IMG/VR virus record: IMGVR_UViG_3300047509_000103
Location: 16,858-80,857 of that record
Origin: a virus
Strand: one strand, 5' to 3'
Length of the DNA stretch: 64,000 nucleotides
Shown piece after piece: positions 9,423-17,815 of the stretch (position 1 is the first letter of the stretch; each line of letters opens with the position of its first letter). The notes under the pieces are model-generated. The model was not told the origin of the DNA, ran no database searches, and saw nothing but the letters and a program-made list of their open reading frames with translations. A program made the position numbers and the translations under genes.

Positions 9423-10510
9423 TGCAGCCGCGGCACCTGACCGCCGAGATCCTGCGCGCACTCGAAGCAGCGCCGATGACGCTGACCGAGCTGTGCCAAG
9501 CGCTCTGGGTCGTCACTGGAATCGAGGTGAGCCGTCGCCTGAAGCGCTTGGCAGCACTCGGCTACGTCCGTGCGCGCTACGTGCACACCTACACCACAAA
9601 AATCCCGATAACCAAGATCGAAGGGTTGTCGCGTGTCGTCTGGTACCTGAAGAGTCAGCCGGCACCGACGATCGATGTGCGCCGCGATCAGAAGCCGCCA
9701 GCGCTACCAAAGCGCACCAGCGAGCCACGCGCGCAGCGGCAGAAGGTCAACCCATTCGCCAACGAGCGCCGCGAGCCTGCCGAGGTACTGGCGATGCTCG
9801 CCGGCCGCACAAACTTCCTGACACCGAACGAGGGGCGATCGACTGATGGCTCCAAGCTGGTGCCGATAGACGTTGCGCACGCCTTGCCAGCCGCATCCGA
9901 CAAGTTCGGCGCAGCGGTCGCAATGGCTGTGGCGTGCCAGCGCGAGGCAGAGTGGCCAAAGGTGAACAAGTTGGGGTTTGTGCCGCTGTTGCGCGAGCTC
10001 ATACGCCAGCGCGCGTTCCCTGGCGTGGTTTCTGGCCCGCTCAAGCACCGCGCCCGCATCGTGCTATGGGACGCGTTCCACGACTACATCCGCCCGAAGC
10101 AGCGGCAGTCGTTTAGGAAAGCCGCCAAAGCTGCCCGCATCACTGAAAGCGCCTACCGGTTTCTGCACAAGTACATCACCGCATATCTGGAAGACCACAA
10201 GAACACCGCCGCTGGCGAGGCGTGTTTCTTCCTGTTCGCTCCAGCAGCAGCGAAGCGTGGCGAGCACGCACTCGTGCTAACCGACGACGAGGGCAAGGTG
10301 AGTGTGCTGCACGCGATCAATGCGCTCGAGCTGATGATCGCCGCCGACAACCTATTCAGCAGCCAGGCCGACGAGAGCGAACGCGTCGTGGCCCTGATGG
10401 CAGAAATAGCAAACGCACGCGGTCGCAGCCGATCGGTAGGCGTCTTGCGCCTGCACGGCGTCGACCATGTTGCGGTGTACATCAACCCAACTGAGGAAGC
10501 AACTGCATGA
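9422..10510 (+). CDS. wHTH plus putative Q-like late antiterminator
   Basis: N-terminal wHTH; 'DVAHAL...AAKAARITESAY' HTH; position upstream of late promoter/terminator. Confidence 0.5.
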   Translation: MQPRHLTAEILRALEAAPMTLTELCQALWVVTGIEVSRRLKRLAALGYVRARYVHTYTTKIPITKIEGLSRVVWYLKSQPAPTIDVRRDQKPPALPKRTSEPRAQRQKVNPFANERREPAEVLAMLAGRTNFLTPNEGRSTDGSKLVPIDVAHALPAASDKFGAAVAMAVACQREAEWPKVNKLGFVPLLRELIRQRAFPGVVSGPLKHRARIVLWDAFHDYIRPKQRQSFRKAAKAARITESAYRFLHKYITAYLEDHKNTAAGEACFFLFAPAAAKRGEHALVLTDDEGKVSVLHAINALELMIAADNLFSSQADESERVVALMAEIANARGRSRSVGVLRLHGVDHVAVYINPTEEATA

Positions 10511-10746
10511 AAAACATCACAGGTTTCGTTCTGAGCTTGGCGATCGGCATCGCCGCCGGCGAGATCCACAACCGGCTGCACGCCGCGGCGCCGACAGTGC
10601 CAGCACCGATCACCATCACAGCAACCGACGCCCTGGGCAACGTGCGCACCGGCACCGCGACCTGGACGAGCATGGACTACAACGCCAACGCGATCACCAT
10701 CGCCTACACGCACGACACGCTGACGTGCAACGGGTTCGAGCCATGA
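10507..10746 (+). CDS. small exported/membrane protein
   Basis: hydrophobic N-terminus MKNITGFVLSLAIGIAAG; GAGG RBS. Confidence 0.6.
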   Translation: MKNITGFVLSLAIGIAAGEIHNRLHAAAPTVPAPITITATDALGNVRTGTATWTSMDYNANAITIAYTHDTLTCNGFEP

Positions 10747-10748
10747 CC

Positions 10749-11043
10749 ACCCAACCAGCGATGACAGGCGAGGAAGTGCTGGATGCGATGCTACTCGCTC
10801 TTGCTTGAGAGGGACTGTGATGGCCAATAAGAAGGTGAATATTCCAGAAGGTTGGGCTTTGGTGCCAGTCAATCCCACCAATAAGCAGTTTATGGCTGCC
10901 GAGAAAACAGGGTTTCATTCTTACACCGGAACGTTCTGCCTTGATCCTTTCGCGGTTTACGAAGCGATGATTAAGGCAGCGCCGAAGTACAAACAAGCGA
11001 GGCAGCCATGACCCAACCAGCGATGACAGGCGAGGAAGTGCTG
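10749..11043 (+). repeat. 33-bp perfect direct repeat (10749-10781, 11011-11043)
   Basis: ACCCAACCAGCGATGACAGGCGAGGAAGTGCTG occurs twice. Confidence 0.95.
10820..11011 (+). CDS. small phage hypothetical protein
   Basis: 'PEGWALVPVNPT..YEAMIKAAP', a common phage module. Confidence 0.65.
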   Translation: MANKKVNIPEGWALVPVNPTNKQFMAAEKTGFHSYTGTFCLDPFAVYEAMIKAAPKYKQARQP

Positions 11044-11400
11044 CGCGAATTGGATGATGTTGTGGGAGTGCCTGTGCCGGTCGGCCCTTACGGCAAGAAA
11101 TTACATCGCATCCGCACCGCCGTCGCCTCCCTGCTGGCCGAACGGGATGGGTTAAAGGTGGAGAATGAGCGTATCGCTAGATTTGCCGAAATAGGATCGC
11201 TTGATAGCTGGATACGGCTTTCTGATGACGACAAACGCAAGTGGTTCGTGATGTTCACTGATCGTGAAGCTGAGTACCGAGAAATTATCAGAGACTTGTG
11301 CGAACTGAGACAAGAGGGCTGGAACATCTGCACAAAGCCTGTTTGGCAGGAACGGGTACAGAAAGCGTGGGCACGCGCGTTCGGGTTGTTCGAGCCGTGA
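11008..11400 (+). CDS. hypothetical protein
   Basis: ATGA coupling, GAGG RBS. Confidence 0.6.
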   Translation: MTQPAMTGEEVLRELDDVVGVPVPVGPYGKKLHRIRTAVASLLAERDGLKVENERIARFAEIGSLDSWIRLSDDDKRKWFVMFTDREAEYREIIRDLCELRQEGWNICTKPVWQERVQKAWARAFGLFEP

Positions 11401-11500
11401 CCCCTACCGCTGCCACCCAAGGCTAGTGAGTGAGTGTTAGAAGCGCGAAAAGCTCGTTGATTTGAAACCTGGCCTTACTAACTTACTTTGAGGAATCGTT

Positions 11501-11971
11501 ATGGGACGTGAAGTGAAACGAGTACCGATGGATTTTGATTTTCCGATTGGCGCGTCGTTCGCGGATGCTGAATACAACAAGCACTGCGCGACGTGTGACA
11601 AGGAAGACCATGACGATTGCGAGTGGCCTTTAAATGATCCGCCGACCGGCGAAGGTTGGCAGCTTTGGCAGACCGTTAGCGATGGTCCGATCAGTAAGGT
11701 CTACGCGACCGCCGATGAACTGATCGACTGGATGTGTCAGCCCGTGCCGAAGGAAAAACAAACACACAGTTGGCGTGATCCGCGCGAAAACCCGGAGTAC
11801 CCGCACATGCCATGGGCGCAGGGCTGGCGCAGAGAAATAGCAGAGCCGTTTGTGAAACAATGTGGATGGGCACCGAGCATGATTGTCTGTGGGGGAAAGG
11901 TGATGGATGGCGCAACGGCAATGGTCGAAGGACTCGACAACTCGGTTAGTAATCCCGGTTCAACAGAGTGA
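11501..11971 (+). CDS. phage hypothetical protein
   Basis: 'MGREVKRVP.DFD..PPTGEGWQLWQTVSDGPIS'; GAGG RBS. Confidence 0.75.
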   Translation: MGREVKRVPMDFDFPIGASFADAEYNKHCATCDKEDHDDCEWPLNDPPTGEGWQLWQTVSDGPISKVYATADELIDWMCQPVPKEKQTHSWRDPRENPEYPHMPWAQGWRREIAEPFVKQCGWAPSMIVCGGKVMDGATAMVEGLDNSVSNPGSTE

Positions 11972-12043
11972 GGGATTTTCGCGCTCTTTCCATATGGCTG
12001 GATTTACTACCGGGATAACTAACCTAACTTGAGGAAAACTGAA

Positions 12044-12718
12044 ATGAAAGCAAAAGCGAAAACCAATGTAAAAGCGAAAACTGGCCCGATTGAAATTGCT
12101 GTGATTGCGGATCGTTCCGGATCGATGTTGTCAATCGTAGACGACGCAATCGGCGGATTTAACGAGTTCCTTGCTCAGCAGAAGAAGGAAAAGGCACCGT
12201 CCAATGTGACGCTGCTGTTGTTCGATACCGCGTTCGACTACTACTGCAAAAACCAGCCGGTCAAGGATGTTGTACCGCTGAATCGTACCACCTTCGTTCC
12301 GCGCGGTAGCACGGCTCTGAACGACGCCATTGGTCGCACGCTGGCTGACCTTGAGGCTCGCGCACCAGCAAAGGCCATCATCTGCATTCTGACTGACGGC
12401 CAGGAAAACGCCTCGCGCGAGTTCACGACTGCGCAAGTGAAAGAGAAAATCAAGGCAGCGGAAGCGCGCGGCTGGAACGTCGTGTATCTGGCCGCTAATC
12501 AGGACGCTTTTGCGGTCGGCGCTGCGTTCGGGATCAACGTACAGAACACCAGCAACATCCAGGCGACTGGCGCGGGCATGCGCGGATTCAGCGCATCTCT
12601 TTCAACCGCAACGCAAAACTATGCGGCGACCGGATCGGCAACGATGAGTTCAACTGGAGAGTCAGCATCCATGCAAGCGACCTACGACGCAGCGCTCAAG
12701 AAACAAAAGGCGAGTTAG
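12044..12718 (+). CDS. von Willebrand factor A (vWA) domain protein
   Basis: MIDAS motif DRSGSM...T(ALND)...TDGQEN. Confidence 0.9.
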   Translation: MKAKAKTNVKAKTGPIEIAVIADRSGSMLSIVDDAIGGFNEFLAQQKKEKAPSNVTLLLFDTAFDYYCKNQPVKDVVPLNRTTFVPRGSTALNDAIGRTLADLEARAPAKAIICILTDGQENASREFTTAQVKEKIKAAEARGWNVVYLAANQDAFAVGAAFGINVQNTSNIQATGAGMRGFSASLSTATQNYAATGSATMSSTGESASMQATYDAALKKQKAS

Positions 12719-12786
12719 TAATCCCACCGCCTGAGCGCGTTAGCTGTTCGCGCTTTTGACAAGCGCCTATTGAGAGAGGTGAGGAA

Positions 12787-13077
12787 GTGAAGCAGGTATT
12801 GGTGGAAGTGGATATAGGCTTCCATGGTGCGTGGGTTGTCCATCGGCGCGTTGTCGATTGGTCTTATTGGAACGGTGACGTTTACCGCGCCATGATTCAG
12901 CAGGCGATTGACGAATACACGCGCATCTACGGATGGCGAGGTCCGCATGGAGCGAAGTGGATGCTGCAACACCGAGAAAACTGCGTTAGACATTCCGCAA
13001 CGGGACCGTATGGCCCCATTCGCTTACCGACTGAACCAAAGCCTATTTCACTTATAGATTACGAGGCAACCCCATGA
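12787..13077 (+). CDS. hypothetical protein
   Basis: GAGG RBS, coupled to next gene. Confidence 0.55.
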   Translation: MKQVLVEVDIGFHGAWVVHRRVVDWSYWNGDVYRAMIQQAIDEYTRIYGWRGPHGAKWMLQHRENCVRHSATGPYGPIRLPTEPKPISLIDYEATP

Positions 13078-13397
13078 ACACATCAGCGGTCAAAACGGAT
13101 AGGGCGAGCGTGGAGGCGATGGTGCAGTGGCTACGTGATTTCGGCTATCTTGATCATGGACGACTGCTAGAGGCCCTGCTCGCCGAGCGTGAGAAGGCGG
13201 ACACGCAGTACGCGCTATTGCTGGCCGCGAGTAAACAGGGCGAGAAGGCGCACGAAATTCGCGCCAAGATTATTCACGAACTGGAAACCAAGCTCGCCGC
13301 CGCCGAAGCCGAGCGTGAGGCGCTGCGCAAGGGCGAGTACATTTGCAAAGAATGCGGGTTGCGCAAAAACGCACAGAGTGAGCCGGCGACGTTCTGA
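13074..13397 (+). CDS. coiled-coil protein with C-terminal CxxC
   Basis: 'GEYICKECGLRK'; coupled on both sides. Confidence 0.6.
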   Translation: MNTSAVKTDRASVEAMVQWLRDFGYLDHGRLLEALLAEREKADTQYALLLAASKQGEKAHEIRAKIIHELETKLAAAEAEREALRKGEYICKECGLRKNAQSEPATF

Positions 13398-14518
13398 TGA
13401 AAGCCCTGCGCCTCAAAGTTCACCCCGAATCGTGGCCTTGGCTAGATCAGGCAGCGCGAGAGGTCAATTTTGCTTGGAACTTCTCGAACGAAACTCGCCA
13501 CAAAGCCGCGCACCCGTTCTTCGGTAAGCCACGCTACCTGTCTGGATGGGACCTGGACAAGCTGGCCACCGGAGCTGGCGAAGTCCTGAAACGGATCGGC
13601 ACGGATACCATCTGCCGCGTCAATAGCGAGCTTGTAACCAAGTGCAAGGCAGTCCGGCGTTCAAGGCTGCGTTGGCGTGTCAGTGCTGGTCCGCGTCGTT
13701 CGCTTGGTTGGGTGCCGTTCAAGTCGGCCAACCTCCGCCGACATGGCAACGCAATCCGATTCCGTGGCAAGACATTCCGCGTATTCAATGCCGGATTGCT
13801 CACTGGCGCGAAGCTGCGACAAGGGTCGTTTTCGCAGAATGCGCTTGGTGAATGGTTCATCAACATAGCGGTTGAAACCGCCTCTACGGACGTACCGGCA
13901 GAGCACGCCGTCGTCGGCATTGACCTTGGCCTCAAAAGCGCTGCAACAACGTCAGACGGCGACGTGCTTGAAGCCAGTCAGTTCTACCGCGGCATCGAGC
14001 CACGCATTGCCCAGGCGCAGCGTCGCGGCCACAAGCGGCAGGCTAAGCGGCTGCACCTGAAAGCTAAGAACCGGCGCGCTGACGCCCTGCATAAGTTCAG
14101 CACAAAGATCGTTGCGCAGTATCAGAACATCCGCATCGGCGACGTGAGCAGTTCCAAGCTGGCGAAGACCAAGATGGCAAAGTCCGTCTTGGACGCTGGC
14201 TGGTACATGCTCAAAACGCAGCTTCAGTACAAGGGCCAGCAGGCCGGTCGCAGCGTTGAAGTGGTCGATGAGGCATACACAACACGCGCATGCAGCAACT
14301 GCGGAGCCTTAACCGGCCCAGCAGGTTTGGACATGCTCGCTGTAAGGTCGTGGCGCTGCTCGGATTGTGGAACCGAGCACGAGCGGGACGTTAACGCCGC
14401 TCGCAATATCGCCATGACCCCGCCGAGATGCCGGCGGCCATCTGCGGGAACGAGAGCCAGAACTGGCGTCACGAGGATCGAATCGCAGGCGGTTGAGCAT
14501 CATCGGAGAATTTTATGA
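13397..14518 (+). CDS. tnpB: TnpB-family RNA-guided endonuclease with rearranged RuvC-II; no transposase in the window
   Basis: GIDLG (RuvC-I), IRIGDV (E replaced by G), VDEAYTT, CSNC..CSDC zinc finger, RDVNAARNI (RuvC-III). Confidence 0.9.
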   Translation: MKALRLKVHPESWPWLDQAAREVNFAWNFSNETRHKAAHPFFGKPRYLSGWDLDKLATGAGEVLKRIGTDTICRVNSELVTKCKAVRRSRLRWRVSAGPRRSLGWVPFKSANLRRHGNAIRFRGKTFRVFNAGLLTGAKLRQGSFSQNALGEWFINIAVETASTDVPAEHAVVGIDLGLKSAATTSDGDVLEASQFYRGIEPRIAQAQRRGHKRQAKRLHLKAKNRRADALHKFSTKIVAQYQNIRIGDVSSSKLAKTKMAKSVLDAGWYMLKTQLQYKGQQAGRSVEVVDEAYTTRACSNCGALTGPAGLDMLAVRSWRCSDCGTEHERDVNAARNIAMTPPRCRRPSAGTRARTGVTRIESQAVEHHRRIL

Positions 14519-16068
14519 ATCAGGCAGAGCTGGCCAACATCGTTGCGGAGATGCGTTCGCAGGCAAATAATGAGTGGAACGACAAGCTTGGCAAGCACGC
14601 CGACAAAGACGACTTGAACGACTGGGCAGACCGTCTAACCGCCCTTGGGTCGCCTGCACCTAACGCGGAAGCACTCAGGGCGCTGGTTCGGAAGTGGCGT
14701 GCGCACTTTGGCGGCGACAGAATTGTTAGCGGCGAATGGAATCTTGGCTATACAGGCGCAGGAATCGAATGCGCGAACGAACTGGAAGCCGCCCTTGGGT
14801 CAGGCCCGGATGGGAAGATGGGTGAAGCGGGCGCATCCGGGCCAACTGAAACGCCAACCGTTGAGGCGTTGCGTGCGGCATTGCTGGAATGCGCGCGGAT
14901 GGCTGAGGCGCTCAAGCTGCCGTGCGGCGATGATCCAGAAAGCGCGCAGGCGATTCGCAACGGACAGTATGCCTCGATAAGCCATGTGGCCCATATCGCA
15001 CTCGGCACAATAAAAGGCGCGGCTATACAAACTTCTGCGCAAATAGCATGGGATTTGCGCTATTCCATAGATTACATGATCACTTACCTTGAAGACGCCC
15101 CAACGGAAGTTGTGCGCAATTGGAAGCGCGTTGAGGCTTCTGCCAAGAAGGATGGTAAGCAACTCTCAGCGTTGAACGTGACTATGTGTGAAATACCTGA
15201 TTTTTGGATATGCGTAGCCGGAGATGGTCGCGATGCTGAGTGCACCATAGCATTCGGTCCTATCAAACGAGACGATCCGAACAAGGGGGAAGTCGAGCGC
15301 GAGCTATGCAATCAACACATAAACGATTTGCTGATTGAAGAACCTGGCAAGCAATTTCACCTTGTCGCTGCTTACCTGCACCCGGCCTCACCCTCAACGC
15401 AGCGCGAGGAAGATCACTCCATCCCGCTTGGCACTGATGCTATACCCGACCTTCCTTTCGAGCTTGACGTACTCGCTGGTCATATTGGGCTAGTCGAAGA
15501 CATCATTTGGGACGCTGAAAACCACGTACCCAATCACACAACAGATGCTGGTATTGGTGGCATCCGAGCGGTAGCGCAGAACCTACTTGGCGGAATGAAA
15601 GGAACGCAGGAACGTTTGCAAGCCTGCGTCGGCAAAGGAACCTCGCCGTCAAACGCTGAGAGTTGCTCAACTCAATCCCCGCTTCTCACAAAAGGTGTAC
15701 CGGCAGGGGGTGAGGCGGAGCCGGTGGCGTGGCAATACCGCTACATCGATCCGCAGGAAGGTCCGGGGTTGTGGCAATCGTTGCATGAGCAAAATTTGGA
15801 AACTATCAGGCGCAGAAAAGATCACGAAGTGCGTGCACTCTACACCCACCCACCGCTTGCGAAAGCCCCTTTGGGTGACATGGTGCTGGTGCCGAGGGAG
15901 CCGACGCAGGCAATGCGTGAAGCTGCCGCAAACGCGGCAGTACCGGATAACGGTACGTTCTATTACCCATTTGACGCGAACGATATTCAGCATGCCTACA
16001 AAGCCATGATTGCTGCGGCACCGCCACCCGCTGAGCCTCACCCTGAAACGCCAAAGGGTGAGGAATGA
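14515..16068 (+). CDS. mosaic multi-module phage protein
   Basis: modules 'EPVAWQY..ALYTHP', 'LVPREPT..AM', repeated ALGS junctions. Confidence 0.7.
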   Translation: MNQAELANIVAEMRSQANNEWNDKLGKHADKDDLNDWADRLTALGSPAPNAEALRALVRKWRAHFGGDRIVSGEWNLGYTGAGIECANELEAALGSGPDGKMGEAGASGPTETPTVEALRAALLECARMAEALKLPCGDDPESAQAIRNGQYASISHVAHIALGTIKGAAIQTSAQIAWDLRYSIDYMITYLEDAPTEVVRNWKRVEASAKKDGKQLSALNVTMCEIPDFWICVAGDGRDAECTIAFGPIKRDDPNKGEVERELCNQHINDLLIEEPGKQFHLVAAYLHPASPSTQREEDHSIPLGTDAIPDLPFELDVLAGHIGLVEDIIWDAENHVPNHTTDAGIGGIRAVAQNLLGGMKGTQERLQACVGKGTSPSNAESCSTQSPLLTKGVPAGGEAEPVAWQYRYIDPQEGPGLWQSLHEQNLETIRRRKDHEVRALYTHPPLAKAPLGDMVLVPREPTQAMREAAANAAVPDNGTFYYPFDANDIQHAYKAMIAAAPPPAEPHPETPKGEE

Positions 16069-16322
16069 ACGTTGGCGACATGGTGATGCTTATTGGCTGC
16101 GACGACTTCATGCCGCCAATCGGCAGCGTTGGTGAAATCGTTGGAACCGACCTAACTGGCGGCATCTTTGACTTCGAGGTGCATTTCCCGGATCACCCGT
16201 GGCCCGGTTCGCGTGTCGATCCAACGTGGCCAAACTGGCTGATACCACCGTACTGGCTGATGAAAATCGAGCCGCCGAAACGAGCCGTCGTCAGCACGAC
16301 TGTAGGGTCGAGCACAGCTTAA
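16065..16322 (+). CDS. small SH3-like hypothetical protein
   Basis: 'NVGDMV..GSVGEIV..FEVHF'; GAGG RBS. Confidence 0.6.
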   Translation: MNVGDMVMLIGCDDFMPPIGSVGEIVGTDLTGGIFDFEVHFPDHPWPGSRVDPTWPNWLIPPYWLMKIEPPKRAVVSTTVGSSTA

Positions 16323-16355
16323 AATTCAGATGCGGGACACATTTGCACAAAACAC

Positions 16356-16384
16356 TTGACAGCGCGCTCGCAAAGGTTCAATTT
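16356..16384 (+). promoter_or_regulatory. putative late promoter (pR'-like)
   Basis: TTGACA at 16356 with weak -10 (CAATTT, 17-nt spacer) upstream of a terminator and the lysis genes. Confidence 0.45.
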
Positions 16385-16451
16385 CCCCATCCGGGATAAG
16401 AGGTAAACTCCCTCTACGTCCGCACACATTTGAATTTTTTACGATCAGATG

Positions 16452-16482
16452 AGGCCCGCCAAGCGCGGGCCTTTTGCTTTTT
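16452..16482 (+). terminator. intrinsic terminator (tR'-like)
   Basis: AGGCCCGC-CAAGC-GCGGGCCT followed by TTTGCTTTT. Confidence 0.8.
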
Positions 16483-16595
16483 CCTGCCGCCCATATTGTC
16501 TGTCCTTCGGCAGAGACCTGGCCCACTGCGTGATCAGGCCGGTCTATTCGATTCACCCCGCAGCGGGCTCCAGACGGAATACACCTAGCAGCGCC

Positions 16596-16703
16596 GAGTG
16601 GCGCCGCGTCCCAATCGAGCGTTGTCTGGTACGGTGCGCAAATTGCCATCGTCGCAAAACGGCTCGTGAATTAGGTTGGTTTAGAGGTTCAAAAGCCGCC
16701 TGA
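16596..16703 (+). pseudogene. HNH endonuclease C-terminal remnant
   Basis: 'IERCLVRCANCHRRKTARELGW*' without the upstream HNH half. Confidence 0.55.
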
Positions 16704-16794
16704 TCCGAGGATACGCCGGGCGCCTTGTAACCGAAGCGCCCCGTCATTTTCAGGTCTGGCGACAACCGCGCCGACACCACAATCAGGAGTCACC

Positions 16795-17502
16795 ATGTCA
16801 CGCACACCACCCGTACCCGCTATTGCACCCGAGTTCGACACCGTCACAGGCTGGGATAAGCACCCAAGCAAGGTTGGCGGTCTTCGCAACCGATTCGTCG
16901 CCGAAGCAATCGCTGACATCGCGGCCGCCGGCTCACCCGAGATTGCAGCACACATCCCGCCGATCACCGTGGGCCGGTTCCTGATCGCGCCCGACAGCGG
17001 CACCAGCCTGCTCGAGCCGGATCTGGAGCGCTATCAGGTGCCCGACGCGGCGCAGGCGGCAGCCCTTGGCCTGACGGCGCAAGACCTTGTCCAGATTCGC
17101 GATAACCTGCGCCTGCTCAATGACTGGCAGGTATCCGTGTTCAAGGAGTCTGGCAAGTACGAAAGCAAGCCGCAGGACACCTACCGTGGCGAAGCCGGCC
17201 GCAGTGGATTCCCGAAGTACGTGCCGATCATGCAGCCGAAGTTTGGCCCGGACGGCAGCCCGGTCATGGCGACCATCTCGCCCATGGAAGCGGCACTCCA
17301 GTGGCAGTTCTACCACGCTTGTGTCGCCGAAGAGCAGACGAATTGGGCTGGCCAGACGTATCTGGCCCATGGCCCCATCCAAGGCGATCACTTCGTCGCC
17401 GACTCGTGGTTCGATCTGCGCGACGGTCGCAACCTCGCGCGCTACTACCGCAGCTGGGCCATCTCGTTCGGCGTCGACATCGATCCCGAACCGTCCACCT
17501 GA
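16795..17502 (+). CDS. hypothetical protein, first late gene
   Basis: AGGAG RBS, 235-aa ORF. Confidence 0.75.
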   Translation: MSRTPPVPAIAPEFDTVTGWDKHPSKVGGLRNRFVAEAIADIAAAGSPEIAAHIPPITVGRFLIAPDSGTSLLEPDLERYQVPDAAQAAALGLTAQDLVQIRDNLRLLNDWQVSVFKESGKYESKPQDTYRGEAGRSGFPKYVPIMQPKFGPDGSPVMATISPMEAALQWQFYHACVAEEQTNWAGQTYLAHGPIQGDHFVADSWFDLRDGRNLARYYRSWAISFGVDIDPEPST

Positions 17503-17505
17503 CTT

Positions 17506-17646
17506 GTGAGCGCCGCGGACAGCCAATGGTGGTTATGGGTAGGTATTGCCATGGCCATCATTGTCCCGGCGCTTTGCGGTTTGTTTTACCTGCATTGCCG
17601 CGAGAAGCGGCTCCAAGTCGACGAAAGCGACGCTGCAGGATGTTGA
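17506..17646 (+). CDS. 46-aa single-TM protein, holin/antiholin candidate (not in ORF track)
   Basis: MSAADSQWWLWVGIAMAIIVPALCGLFYLHCREKRLQVDESDAAGC. Confidence 0.45.
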   Translation: MSAADSQWWLWVGIAMAIIVPALCGLFYLHCREKRLQVDESDAAGC

Positions 17647-17659
17647 CTGGAGAACGGTT

Positions 17660-17815
17660 ATGAGCCTCGGCGCGATCTTGTTGATCATCCTGATCCTGGC
17701 GCTGGTCGGCGCCTTCCCGGCATGGGGTTACCACAATTACGGCTACTACCCTTCGGGTGGCGTTGGCCTGCTCCTGCTGATTGTCATCGTCCTGCTGGTG
17801 CTCGGCCGCATCTAG
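17660..17815 (+). CDS. DUF3309-like two-TM membrane protein
   Basis: MSLGAILLIILILALVGAFPAW..GYYPSGGVGLLLLIVIVLLVLGRI. Confidence 0.8.
   Translation: MSLGAILLIILILALVGAFPAWGYHNYGYYPSGGVGLLLLIVIVLLVLGRI

Larger units (their letters stand above)
11442..12754. repeat. bipartite GTTAGTAA-N23-T(T/G)TTCGCGCT repeats bounding two genes
   Basis: inverted copy 11442-11482, copies 11945-11985 and 12714-12754, inverted half-site 12010-12023. Confidence 0.8.

Noticed and set aside
11442-12754. Classical integron attC array
   Set aside because: Intergenic elements run GTTAG...CTAAC, the reverse of RYYYAAC...GTTRRRY, and no IntI-like gene is present
13397-14518. Nuclease-dead TldR-type repressor or a complete IS200/IS605/IS607 element
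   Set aside because: A compensating glutamate and both aspartates are present; no tnpA or left end was seen
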